This document shows positions 1 through 12,682 of a stretch of DNA of 48,438 nt, piece by piece. Made by a program: the position numbers and the translations under genes. Location of the stretch: positions 1 to 48,438 of the forward strand of contig JBNGIO010002947.1 in NCBI GenBank assembly GCA_049999805.1, given 5' to 3'. The notes under the pieces were generated by a model. The model saw only the letters and a list, made by a program, of their open reading frames with translations. It searched no databases and was not told the origin of the DNA. Every line of letters begins with the position of its first letter. Positions within the stretch are counted from its first letter, which is position 1. Source of the DNA: Folioceros fuciformis (taxonomy: Eukaryota).

Positions 1-399
1 CCATTGTGCATTGTATTATAAGTGGCTCGCTTTTTTGATGGTTTAAGAAGATTAGTGAAGAACAGGTTTCTCAAGAATGATAAGGTTTCGCACTTAATGT
101 CTTCTTTGAAATTAAAAAAATCAAAGAGCTCAGGAAACTTGAGAAATTGTGTTCATGTGCAGTCAAGTAAGCATTGACAAAATATTGGCTTAATTTTTGT
201 AAAATTGTGGAGAATATTGATGACCCATTAATCCATTCCATCCTTGTGTTTAGAAAAACCAAAGCCCCTTTGTCTTCTTTGGATAGGAAAGTTTTCCTTT
301 CTTATGACCTTTTACACGGACAATATTCTTTGTAGTTTACTAGCTAAAAGAATTGTGCATTGTGCCAATCTTGGCTACAACCTTTGTCCTCTTGATATT

Positions 400-500
400 G
401 GTTTTTAGGGCTTACTTAGGGTTTCTTTAGGGCTTATTCAGGGCTGGTTTAGGACTTATTTAGGGATTCCTTTAGGGTTTATTTAGGGCTTCGTTAGGGC
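400..500 (+). repeat. Degenerate ~11-bp tandem repeat (consensus ~CTTATTTAGGG) containing telomere-like TTTAGGG/TTAGGG cores
   Basis: About 9 imperfect units: gtttttaggg cttacttaggg tttctttaggg cttattcaggg ctggtttagga cttatttaggg ... Confidence 0.7.
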
Positions 501-1015
501 ATATCTTATCACCAGCTAGCATGGCTGGCAGCCACTACTAGCTATGTATATAGTTTTATTATAGATTTACTTAGTACATAATGCCTGGTGGCCTTACCAA
601 GGGCCTCACGAGGCTCCACTACAGCAGAGCACTTGTTGCCAGCCACACTACGGACCCCATATTGTTCGATATCAAAAGCCTAGCAAGCCAAGCACACACA
701 AGACCGTTTCTTTTGCCGATACTAACAAACCCTTAAGAAATCGAAATTAATTCCAAAACCTGCACCAATCTTGAACGTATAATATGTGTGGACAGAGGTC
801 TAAGCGTATTCTCCTCAGGTGGCGAGGTCTACCAGAACTGTGATCACCGACGCGTTGGCGTACTAGCAAGCGCCTGCCTTCCTGCCTCCCTCCCTGCCTG
901 GAGGACGTCGCAAGTAGCAGAGCGAGTGGTGTAGGGCGCAAGCGCCTTTGCGCATTGCGTTGCCGGCGGGGTGGCGCACTCGCCCGCAAGCAGGGGCAGC
1001 CGCAGGGCAGGGCAG

Positions 1016-2548
1016 ATGAGCATGGCGGGCAACGGGGGAGGCGCAGCACAGTATCTGCAACACCTGCCCTCTAGGGGCTACTTCTCCACCTGCGTCCCCT
1101 CCTCCACTCCCGTACGTGTGCAGCAATCCTACCCTACCTTCCCCTTCCCCTTCCCTTGCGCTGGCCCTGGCCATGTCCCTGCCCGGGCCTTGTCCCTTCC
1201 TCACGCCGGTCCGCTTGTTGTGTCTGCTCGTTTGCTGTGTCTGCGGGTTGCAGATTGGATGTCCTGAGCGTGCGGTTCCGCAAATTTGGTGTGTCTGGTG
1301 GTGTCCTGTTGTGATGGAGCCGGTTCTCCGTCTGCCGGCCGTGTGTCGGACTGGATGCGGTGTGGATGGATGGCTGGCACGGGCTCGCTCGCAGATTATC
1401 GGTAGTTGGAATCCGCTTATTCTGTGAGCACTTGGTTGTGAGAATACCGTGAGACCGGATGTTGGAGATTCAGGAGGAGGATCATGCCGATCTCTAGGGA
1501 GAGTGCATGTCTAGGGTTGGGTATGGTCTCTTAGGGCTCGAATCCATAGCTCTAGAGATAATGAAAGTTCCGCCCCTGTTGCCTATGAACACAGTGGTCA
1601 TTGAAGCGTTGTAGACGGGTTTCATCCTCGGTCCGTTGTGTGGCAGGGGGGCCTGCGGGTGTACGTTTGCGACCATGACACTGCTCCACCAGGTTGGATG
1701 TGCGATTCGGGGTCATTTACGACTGATCGGCCTTGTAGTGGCTTGTGGTTGACGGTCTAAATTGTTACTTGGTGTTGCAGACGAGCAGCTCATAAGGACT
1801 GATGCCACAAACATTTTGATCAGAGCGCTGACATTGAAGAAAGGAAGAAGCGACCAGAAAGGAAAGGAAGGCAAAGCCAAGGCCTCCGCGGAAGATGGCA
1901 AAGGCAAGAGGTAGGCTCGTTATTCTTGGCATGAGCTATCATGTACTCTTCTTCTCCTACGTGCCATAAGATGTTTCACCTGTTGTGGTGCTCGCACCCG
2001 TTTTGATGTTTCTCTCATTGTCTGTGCAGGCCTGCCGAAGGGCATAGTGATGAGAAAAATCCATCCAAAAGAGCAAATACAGGGTCTAGGAAAGGTGATT
2101 AAGCAATGCCCTTCGTGTATTTTATTTTGTAGGTCCCTGTTTGTTCGTAATGGAGTATCGAAGCTAATGATAGGAACGGACTGTGTGTGTCTCTGCTACA
2201 ACCATGTGGATCCCTGGGCTCTCCTGAGCCCAATTGTTGCTTATTGAAATATTTTTTTGTCACTTTTGAGCTGATCAGAGGTTGACTGGTGTACCTGTGA
2301 GCTTTCCCATTCTTTCAGAGGCTGCATCGAGTCGACCCTCTGACAGGGAGCTACAAAGTTACACAGTAGAGAAACTGAAACAGTTGTTGAAAGAAAAGGG
2401 TCAGCCAGTAAAGGGGAAGAAGGTAGCCCACTCCATCCTGTCTGAATTGCCTTTGGTTTTCCATCAAGTCCGGTTTCAACTTTACATCATTGTGCTCTTC
2501 CTTACTGTTCAGGATGAACTCATCACACGCCTAAAGCGGCATTTATGA
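1016..2548 (+). CDS. Small protein with a DDA1-like N-terminal region and a C-terminal SAP domain (6 exons)
   Basis: Exons 1016/1022-1111, 1647-1692, 1781-1910, 2030-2094, 2319-2422, 2513-2548, all GT-AG and phase-compatible. Translation: [55 protein letters not shown] ... [31 protein letters not shown] (SAP consensus). Confidence 0.8.
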
Positions 2549-4250
2549 CTATACATTGGTTTGGTCGCTGGAAGGTTCTGCTATTTTGTTGGATCAAGTG
2601 ACCTCAGCTGGCGTAAGTCAAATTTGGTGACTGTACATACAAGCAGAGCGTGCTCCTCAGTTCGAGATGTCTGAGAGATGGCAGTACCCCATGGAGTCTT
2701 TCCATTTACAGGGATTTCTAGGGCACTCTGCCGGACGTGTTTCATGATAGTAGTGTTGTTACCAGGGAGGCTCTCAAGGGATGAAACCACACGCTGCTGC
2801 CACGCAGTTCGTTCATGTTTGACTGCTAGATGGTCTTCCAGGTCTAAAGTTACGTGTACATCAAACTTGACAGGGCTAGAGACTTCAGTGTATCTGCGAC
2901 TGTTCTAACACATTGAGTTCATTTTAACCTCTGGTGGCAGTAAGGATTGCCACCAACTACACTACATAACGGTACTTGCAAAGGAGACCGCGCGTGTGTT
3001 CTCGATTCCCGGCGTTCGAGGTGTTGATGTGGACACCACTTTGTACTTCTTCCGAACGTGATGTTGAGAGCTATGTATCCGGTAACGTTTTTGTGGTACT
3101 GCTCCACTGCTGGGCTTGGTGGCTGCTAAAGAGGTATGTGTTTGCCCAGGAAAAGCAACCTTACCTTAAGCAATGCGCAGAGGAGCCGGCGGGTGCAGAT
3201 TGTTCCAACATGGTTTTGTGCTGTGCATTGCCGACGTCGATCGGCTGGAGGATCTCTGCTACGTGCATTTTCTTGGAGGCACGCGACAGAATGTGCCTCT
3301 AAGGCTTTGTCTTTGTTAAACATCGATTCACGCGGGGATTGCGGCCTGCCTCCGACAAGTACCGGACCACAATCGCTCGGCACAATGAATCACGCCTTCT
3401 TTTAGATATGTAGAATCGCGATCCAATGCGAGACTCCTGGTCAGACGTGACGACTGAGAGCACCAGCCTGGCTACTCACACTTGCGTCTTCACCAGGATT
3501 CCAACCGTCTGTAGCAGCCCGCGATCAGAGTCGACCAGGACTCAGCATGCCTTCATGCACGGACAAGCCTTGGAAATATGACCGCTCAACATGCTGTAGC
3601 ACACAGTCTCGCTCTCCGTCGCATTCTGTATACACGTACGTGCTTTCTTCGCCAGGCGGGGAACTGGAGCCAGATTCTGTTTTCAATCAGAACGTTCCAT
3701 TCTTAGACGACTTGGGAAACGTAACGATGGCGGCTATGGCGACACCGACTTCCCGATTTGAGATTTTGAATTCAAAGAGACATTTCTGGCTGCCGAGTTG
3801 CCGAATGCCCTGGAACTAAACTACAAATTCGTTTACTTACCAACGTCATCACTACTGGCTTGATGTTTCACTATCCCTCCTAAGGAGACCTGATCGCTAC
3901 CTGACCTGGCAGTATACGATCTTCTTGAAGCTGGTCTTTCTGGTGGGGGCGTGGGACGTGTGGATCTTGTGAACGAGCTCCTGGACAGATGCGAACGTGT
4001 TCGGGAATGGTGGCAGGAGGAGCTCTCCACGACATTCGAAATCAGGCCTGGGGATTGCTCGTTTGGCTGGGGTGCTTGCAGACTGTGCCAAGGCGTGCAA
4101 ATCAAATCATGTGACTGACTGGCCTCTTCAAGAACTGAATACAAGGACGGGGAATATGATGACAGGGGCAGCATGCTGTTGTTAGGTATGCGGTGCGTGC
4201 CCATGGTGAGCTGTGCGGCCTGAGGTCTTGAAGCAGCGTCTTGTATATTT

Positions 4251-5456
4251 ATGGTGTGGCGAGGTGAATTCGTAGTAATCGTCATGGAATCGTGGATCGA
4301 GCAATTGCGCCTCACTTGGAAGGCTGCCCGTGAAGCCTTGCCTGTTGCTCAGGGGTACAGCGCTTACAAATTAGAGATGTTATTACACTCCCCGAGCTCT
4401 TCGAGCTGGGCTGTTTCGACGCACAGGTTACATGCAATCGTCCAGGAAGTCCTTGGGCCAGACGTGTTTCCGGGCCAAGCTGCGTTGAAAGAACTGCGAC
4501 AGTGTTCTGACATTGCACAATCTACCGGCTGCATTTGCACGGATACGTTGAACCAATTATTTGCAACACAATGGAATGTGGTTCCCACGGCACTAGATCT
4601 AGAGCATGATCCTGGCCCCAGTTTTGAGGATTATAGCAATTCTATGATGCTGGAGCTAGAGTCTTCAAATTTTCCCTTGTCTACGGAAAGCGCAGACCCA
4701 ACGGCTTACGGCGATATGGAGCCGGTTGCCGTTGAGCAAGCGCCTGGAACGCTCTCTCTGGACAATCTCACACAGACAGTAGCCGGGGAGAAATGGCAGG
4801 TGTCGGAGCCCGAACCCGCCACAGAAGCCGGGGAGAAATGGCAGATGTCGGAGGCCGAGATCGCCGCAGAAGCCGGGGAGAAACGGCAGATGTCGGAGCC
4901 CGAGCCCGAGCCCGAGCCCGCCGAAGACCTCCCACTGACGCAGCCACCTTACATTACTACCCATACGTTTCCCTGGGAAGGTGCAATTGATGACGTGGAT
5001 CTGGAGCAGCAACATGGTTCTCCAGGCCATTCTACAGATGATGAGCCGATTAAGGTTCCAGTGACGGGAGACAGTTGCCCTGGACCGATTCACAGCCCCG
5101 TTGGTGATTCATTTCCTGTTGTTGCAGATGGCAAGCTTGGTGATTCACAGTCCACAGCTCATAGCGACTCTTCTGATTCATGGTCTACAGCTTGTAGCCA
5201 GTTTTCTGGTTCATGGTTTCAGCTAGATGACGGATCTCCATGTTCATGGTCTACAGCTGATGGCGAGCCTTCTGATTCATGGTCCGTATCACAAGACAGC
5301 GAGGCTTCTGGTCTCCTGTCTTCATGCTCTAGACAGGACAGCGAGTCTTCTGTTGAAATTGACAGCGAGACTTATGTGTCATGTGAATCATGTGTGGATA
5401 GCGAGTCTTCTGATTCGCAGTCCGGCTCGGATGACACCGAACATTCGTTTCTTTGA
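4251..5456 (+). CDS. Unknown acidic/Ser-rich protein with internal repeats (orphan; 5' end uncertain)
   Basis: Uninterrupted 401-aa ORF with three AGEK(W/R)Q(V/M)SE repeats and S(W/E)S-type repeats. No family recognised. Confidence 0.4.
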   Translation: MVWRGEFVVIVMESWIEQLRLTWKAAREALPVAQGYSAYKLEMLLHSPSSSSWAVSTHRLHAIVQEVLGPDVFPGQAALKELRQCSDIAQSTGCICTDTLNQLFATQWNVVPTALDLEHDPGPSFEDYSNSMMLELESSNFPLSTESADPTAYGDMEPVAVEQAPGTLSLDNLTQTVAGEKWQVSEPEPATEAGEKWQMSEAEIAAEAGEKRQMSEPEPEPEPAEDLPLTQPPYITTHTFPWEGAIDDVDLEQQHGSPGHSTDDEPIKVPVTGDSCPGPIHSPVGDSFPVVADGKLGDSQSTAHSDSSDSWSTACSQFSGSWFQLDDGSPCSWSTADGEPSDSWSVSQDSEASGLLSSCSRQDSESSVEIDSETYVSCESCVDSESSDSQSGSDDTEHSFL

Positions 5457-6121
5457 CATAGCCAATTACTTGAAGGCAGGAGACATCATTGAATTGGCAT
5501 TTGAATTGGATGAAGCATCACCATTGGTGAATCGGTTAGGAACCAATTGGAAATGACGCATATTACATTCTTCCACAAGCGTTACATACAAGACTCAATT
5601 TATCATCCACTAGCTTAAAATTTCCTGACTGATTTTGAAATCGTTAAGAGTAGTTTTTTTGAAGACAACATAATAAACTATTTCATATATATGTGCATTT
5701 CTTTTTCCATAAGCAACTAAATCTTCGTCTGCGGGCTTTTTTAAATCTTCATATCCTTTAAATTTTCAGAGATGACGAAATCCATACTTTGTGATAGCCT
5801 GGTTACGAATAAAAAATAGGAGGCATGGAAACGACATGGGTTTGTAGTGGTCGCTGCCGGGACAAGCTCGGGTGCAGTGGTGCCAGCTTTCTCATAATGC
5901 GCTCTGAAGATGCTAAAGATGGAAAGACTTTCCCAGCTTAAAAAACCACAAAGCCATTACTGCTCCGAAGCTGTGGACAAGTGGAGAATGGGGTACGGAA
6001 AGCTCATAGAATCTGGCCCATCTGGGAAATTTGTGTCCAGGAGGATGATTTACAAAGAGAGCACTGTACAAGCACATGTCCAGCGGAGGAAGGGAAACAG
6101 GTCTGCCAAGTTGCCGAACCG

Positions 6122-7404
6122 CTACTCTTCTTTGGGGAAGACGGGCAAGTCCTCCTCAAACCATGTTCGAAGACCGTTGTCAAGGTGCAGGATGTTGGTG
6201 TATCCGTCCAGGGTCAGCAGATAAGCAGCGATCAATGACCTGCGCAAAACAAAGGTACCATGTGTCCCATAAGCAAGCAGTGCAGAAGCAGGGACCAATC
6301 CTGAGACGCGCCTCTATCCTGCCTGCCTGCCTGACTGCCTGCCTTACCTGGACTGGACTCCATCTGTTAGATTTGGACTCGGCTTCAATGTACCGCCAGA
6401 TGCACAAACAACAATGATCTTGGCATCCTTGCCCAACTTGGCGTTCACTTCTGCCAATCAAAACCACATCAGGGACATGAGAAGGAGTCAGGGAAATACC
6501 TTGATTCTTTGCCCTCTGCCAGGGCTGGCGTGGCTTTTGTGGTTCCGCCCATGTCGCAGGCGACAATGAGCGGCGACTCCTTGGAGAACTTTGCATTAGT
6601 CTCTGATGAGAGAACATGGCACATCATTTCATGTGCCTTTCCTTTCATCAGCCCTGCCCGGGCCCGGCCTCTTGGGCTTGTGTGTATATGTTGCGTGTAA
6701 ATGAATGGCTGCAGATGGCATACCTTTGACGAAGTCTGGATTTTCCTCTGTGCCTTCGAAGATTCCGAAAAAGGCAAAGGCAGCACGGCGGGCGATGTCC
6801 CATGCAGTCCACTCTTTGATCAGCCGGTACACTTGCACGTTCACTGCACCCTCGGGATGGGACTGAGCAAATGCCCCTTCCGGCCTAACATCCAGAAGGG
6901 TGTACCCTTGCTCTTGCGTCAGTCTGAATGCTTCCTTGGCTCGCACAGACCGCACCTGGCCAGCATCCGGAGACGTGAAAAATGCTGCTCTCCGGTGCAG
7001 AGGCGCAAAATTGTAACCAAAATGCAATTACCAACCTTGTTCTTCAGCAGAGCTTCCCGCTTCGTTCGCCACTCTGTCTCGGCTGCCGAAAATGCACACG
7101 GACCACGTCAGGGAACAACGAGCTTGCCGAAATTCAGGGTCATCCACACATATCGTCCTCGCCGAAGCTCACCAGGGGACTTGGCAGGGCCTGCCGCAAT
7201 GGCAGCCACATGAAGAGGTCGCCAAGGGGCCCGCACGCTGCTGTCCCTCCTGCTGGTCAGCTGCCTTGAGCAGAAGCCTCTGGACACGGGGGGCAACAGA
7301 GAGGAGGAAGCTGCAGCGGCAGGGGAAGCAGAAAGGGCGGAATGGGAACTGGCCAAAGCTGCAGCAGACTGGAGCGTGGCTGAATGCACGGCCGAGAATG
7401 CCAT
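6122..7404 (-). CDS. STR14: Rhodanese-like domain protein 14, chloroplastic, with two alternative copies of exon 4
   Basis: Exons 7404-7173, 7082-7036, 6955-6724, [6602-6500 OR 6450-6348], 6239-6122. Transit peptide followed by LLDVRPE...YRLIKEWTAWDIARRAAFAFFGIFEGTEENPDF...SRSLIAAYLL...HLDNGL, matching recalled plant STR14 sequence. Confidence 0.9.
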
Positions 7405-7853
7405 CTCCTTCACCGTTCGAGCTGAGACTCGGACTGGCGAGACAGAGGCAAGACCGGGCTCTCCCGAGACTTTTCCCTTCAAGTTAGGACTTGAAATGGA
7501 GAGAGAGGAAGACCCACCTCTATTTGTGCTGTGCAATCTGGATGAGCAGGAGATCTTTAGTGCTCCATCTGCCTCTAAGATTGAGGCCATGAAGGTTTGT
7601 GATTGGCCGCCACCAACTGTCTACATACATTCGCTCGGAGCCAGGTGAAAGAATCTTGTAGGCTTTCACAGTCAGAGTAAGAGAGTAACAACCGACTCTC
7701 GCAGACTCAGACTCACCTGGACGCAACTGGTGGATGATAAACTCAGATTCATGGCTTCTCTAATTTACATGTCAAGATTATACAGGACGCCTGCTTCGTG
7801 TCTTCCCTTGGAACGGAAGTAGGGAAACAGGGTCAATAAGTCAGGTGGTTCGA

Positions 7854-10800
7854 CTAGTCAGAGTTCGACACATCGGGACCCTCCTCTCCATCGTTGTCCC
7901 TGAGATGCATCATCGCTTCACTTTCACCTGCATCACTGTCGTTGTCCTCGTCGTGGTTTGGTTTGGAGGCTTCCTTGTCCTGTGGATCCTCACCAAGCTC
8001 TATGTCTTCCTCCTGTCTGCGAGTTGATGAGGGTAAGGGGGCTCCCACACGATTGCTTACCATGGGGGTCGTGGCCACTGGAGTTACGATGGGGACACAT
8101 TCTGGGGTCGGCAGTGTCACAAAAGCTTCTGGGTTGCTGATGAGAGTTGCGTCTTCCGGAGTCTCCTCCTTCATGGAATTTCCATTGGTCCGAGAGTTGT
8201 CCAACAGGGCCAGCTTCGCAGCAACATGTCGCTTTTCCCGCTCTAGGCCTTCTCGGATCGCAACAAGGTCCTGGCGGTTGTGTTGTCGGAGCTGTTTCAC
8301 CATTGCTCCAACCAGTGCCTGGAGCCGGGAAAAACACTGGTCTCAGAAAAGAAGCTACAGGTCGTTCGAAGATCAACGAAAATGCAAGTGAAACCCACCT
8401 CAGCATCCTTTGGGCCATTCGACAGCACCGCATCTGCAGTGGCAAGGGTAGCTGCAGCCGTAAAAGCCACCGGAGACATGCCATCTGCAGTCAACATGGG
8501 AAAATGCTTCTGGAACTCCGGATCCACGTGGAAGGACTCCATTGCGATGCCAGAGTTGGGCCTGGGCTTGGACTGGAGCCACTTGTACACATCCTCATAG
8601 AGTCTTCCCCAAAGAGGGATTAACAGCTCGAAATCACCTGCCTGTCTTGTGGCAGCCAACCGTAAACCCCATTCTTCATCTGACATTCCACCCGCGGAAG
8701 TCAGCAGGAGGCAGCGCCGATATTCTTCAACTCTGCTACTTAATTCCTGCACCCAGTAACATGTGATCTTCATCAACACGACGCCAATATGCCAACCTCC
8801 TCTTAATAAGGCCACCCTCACCGATGAAGGGAAGGAAGTGCGAGGACAGACCACTCACCAGCACTGTGGAACTCTGTTTCACACCCTTTTGCCAGTCCGG
8901 CCGTATCGATCTCCAAGATCTCTCCAGGCAGCTCCATGGTGTCATTCTTTCTAGTTTCAGCAGATCCTTCCTCATCATTCGCAGGATATCCTCAGACCCT
9001 TTGCCTTTGGAGGCATCCTGCAAGCTTTTGATCTCTCCTGCATGCCCGTTAGTCGCAACCTCGGCTTCTTGGTTCTGTTGTATTGGCTGGTCCCCATCTG
9101 AAACCCTTACAGGGGGTTTGCTATCAGGTAACGCTGGTGCTTGCTCTGACATAAGAGCACTAGACGTATCACCCATGAAGGCGCGTCTGCGAAGGCCAGA
9201 GGTATACACCTGGAAAGCAGGACAACAGCTCTGCACGGCTCAGGCAATATCTTTCCTCATTCTCGTTATGGAAATCTCTAACGAGTTACACAATTGCAGA
9301 ATCGGAACGGACTGCTGTACCTTTCTGTAAGGATCTGGATCTGCAAGCACTGTGGATGTGTTGAAAGCACTCCCTCTTGAATGCACAACACTTCTTTTGG
9401 ATCTTGTGGTGAAGCTATCACCCCCTGAATCCTGCTCCCTGCCTCCATCTGGAGGCTCACCTCCTGTTACATCATACCCAGGCTCTCATGATGATGAATG
9501 CTCCACCTGCTGAGCAAATCAAGCACAGGCCACAAGAGGCGACAGAATCTGTTATCTTCACAGAGACACTTGCCTGATTGTGCTAATTTTTGGTCCCTGA
9601 CTGCATCTCGTGCCTCATCTGCAATGTCAACCAGGAGTTTTGAATGCTCTGCTAAACTTTTTGAGCCTGTCCCCTGCACAAAGAACTATCACTAGCTTAA
9701 TGCTAAATGCTGCTAGCGCTCGTGGGAAATGAACCTGGAGCAACGGATTCACTCTCACAAGAGAAGCACACAAAGGACATGCCTGATCTGCCGACACCTC
9801 CCGAGAGGAATTGCTAGACATTCCACTTGGTGAACTGGTGGCTGCTGTTGCCTCCACAGTTCGAGAAACTGATTTACGGGTACTCCTGTTTAATTTCTTT
9901 TGGTAGTCCGTCCTCAAACCTTTAGAGGGCACAAGAGGGGCAGAAGAACCGGCCCGGGTTTCTCGAACTGTAACAGGGCTACTTTCTGGAGATTCCTTAA
10001 AGAAGGATCTTGGTGCAGGTGAAAATGCTCCAGGTGGGGACAGACCTCCTGTTTCTGAGTCGGGGGACACATGAGTATCTGCACGTTGAAAACCAACAAG
10101 GTGAGGACAAAATTTTAACCACATGCTCTGCTCATCAAATACATCAGCCCTCCCCCCGAACAAGCCGATGGGACACCTGGGCCTACCTCCCAACTTTTGT
10201 AAAGATCGATATTGTAATCGGACACTTTCGCCACTATCCACTGTTTGAACCATATACCTGCCAGAAGTGCAACCATCAGCCCTGGCAGAAGTTTCTTGTG
10301 GAGCTTGTGGGTATGAAGGTCCTCACCAGCCATTTAAACATTGTGTTGTGATTACGGCCTCCCGCCCAACAAATCGCTCTGGCGTTCTTTTGTTCCCCTA
10401 CGTACCAAAAGCGAAAACTACAAATTGAAATAAGCCAAAGATTTTTTCAGACAAGCTGCCAACCACCAAGGGCAAATCAATCAAAAGTACCTTGATAAGA
10501 ACTCGGTCACTCACAACGAAGGGGAACTGAACTCCCCTTGGCCTTGAACCGTCAAGAGAATAACTGTCTACAGGGGTGGACGGCTGTTCCTGCGGAGGTA
10601 GACATCCATTGCAGATAACTACGTCAGAAAGGAAAGATAAATCCTAACAGAGTTGCTGCCTCAACAACTGCACGACCACAAGGGCTAGCTAGTAGCAGAA
10701 CGTCCTTGACAAAACGTACCAACTTTGCTAAACAAGCCCGTGAGATATGATAAATGATCAGTGGCTTATACCTGAGAACGATTAGGCCTCTTAGACTCAG

Positions 10801-12682
10801 GTCCCTCTAAAGGCTCTAGTTGGTCGCGCCTCCTCTTTGATCCTTTGGGTGTATTTGGGTGTGCCAACTGGTCCTCTCGCCTAAATGCAAGGACTGCTGC
10901 ACGAAGAGCTGCAGATGAAACACCCATTGTCTGACATCAGAGACCCTCATCCACTGCAATAGGTGCTCGTCAAAGCATTTCATGCTTGCTGACGGGGGAA
11001 ACTTCAAAAAGGACATGCTGAGAGGCATACCAAGATTGGGAACAAGTGACCCCGATGGAACACTTGCTCCACAGCTTGTGCAGATGTTCTGCACCCACAA
11101 CAGGAGCACCTTGAATCAATGCAAGAGACAAGTGATTCTCACTTGCAGATTGCACCTAAGAACTACGATAACGCACAAGGATAGGGTTCCACAATTGAAA
11201 CAGCTTCCAGCTGTGCCAACACTCCTGCAGCCAGTCGTGAACTACATACAAGGCAAGAGGAGGGAAGCCTATCCTGCCACCACTTCTTCAGATAGTCAAT
11301 TATGCTACCCTAGCATTTTGCTCAACTGGACATGTAATGCATAAAAACCTAAGCCATACCGTCTCAATGACTCGTTGTAGACTAGCATGCCCAAACGAGT
11401 GACCACATTGAGCCACCATGGCATCATCCATCAAAGATCCACTGGAATCAACAGCTCACCCGAGTTAGATCTAGATTCAGAAGAGCCAGCCATAACACAG
11501 ATCAGGTTCAGCAATGCATAAGGAAATGAAATAAGCTCATTTCTCCCAACCTACATTCAAGCAGAAAGCTTTGGATGAAACAAATGTTTCATGTGCAAGG
11601 AGCACGACGAAAGAGATGAGCTAAACCAGGGAAACATCACCGGTGTCCTAGAATGTAGGCAACAGAGCACAAACAAGAAGGGTTTTCAGTTCAACTTACG
11701 ATATGGGATCCGATAAAACATGCCGAAGCGATAACTCTACAACATGCGCTTTGTCCTTCTGACTAGACACAACTGCTGAAAGAGCCTTCCGCGGTGTATA
11801 GAACTGGAACCTGCCAGTTTTTACAGACTTGACAGCAGGCACAGGTGATGCCGTATGCAGCAGTTCATGTTGAATGTTCGAGTCCTCTGTTTCAGGGACG
11901 CCTGCTGCAGTGGCGTCCATCAAGTCTGTTGGACCAGAATTGGGTAAACAGTCACCGAGGCATTCCTCTTCCATGAAAGAGGTGTCCTTCTGGAGCTTCT
12001 CAAGAGGTGGGAGATCATCATAAGCAGAGGAGTCACCCTCCTGTGCCAGTTTAGCCGTTTCTCCAGCGTCTTTCGCCCCCTCGTTACATTCATCTCCAGG
12101 TTTCCACGCAGCCACTCCTGAGGATGAGAAAGAATTAAGGAACGGAATGGTGGAAGTAGGAGAGGCGGGCACCTCTCCATTGTTGGAGCACTCAATTGCC
12201 ACCTTCGATTCTCCTTCCTGTGACTTGGCAGCTTGATCACTGCCAGCGGTTGCACAATTCTCGTGCCCCTGTGACAGAGCTTGGCCAGCTCCCATAACCT
12301 CCCCTTTCGGGGCCAGTTCATCTGCTACCTGTTGTTGCTCCTCCTCTTCGATAACCATAGCAACATGTTCGTCATTGCGTGTCTCCACTTCGATGCCTTC
12401 TGCAGTCCCCTTTCCTGCGTCATCTCCCTCCTGCGTTTCTTGATTTGTATGAACCGTTTCTTTCAACACGCCTTGACTGTGGTCAGCCCCTCCCACCTGC
12501 ACTACCCCTCCGTCATTGCTGGGCCGATCTTTCCCCAAAACTTCCTCCTTCACAAGAGGCACAGCTTCCGCTGCCCCAGCCATGACGGGGCTGGACACAG
12601 GGGAAGGAGGCTCATCCAACCCTGAGTCAGGGACGACCACAATCCCAGGCTTGTCTGCCGGCTTGGCCCCTTCCTGCCCCAT
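7854..12682 (-). CDS. PUB62/63-like U-box protein with long acidic N-terminus and extended C-terminus (multi-exon)
   Basis: Spliced U-box LRHVLSDPISGSLMDDAMVAQCGHSFG...CTSCG...LVPNLALRAAV, then KGVQFPFVVSDRVLIKGNKRTPERFVGREAVITTQCLNGWYMVQTVDSGESVRLQYRSLQK (PUB62/63-type C-terminal domain). Phase-compatible exons continue to the stop at 7854. Additional 5' exons are possible. Confidence 0.75.
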
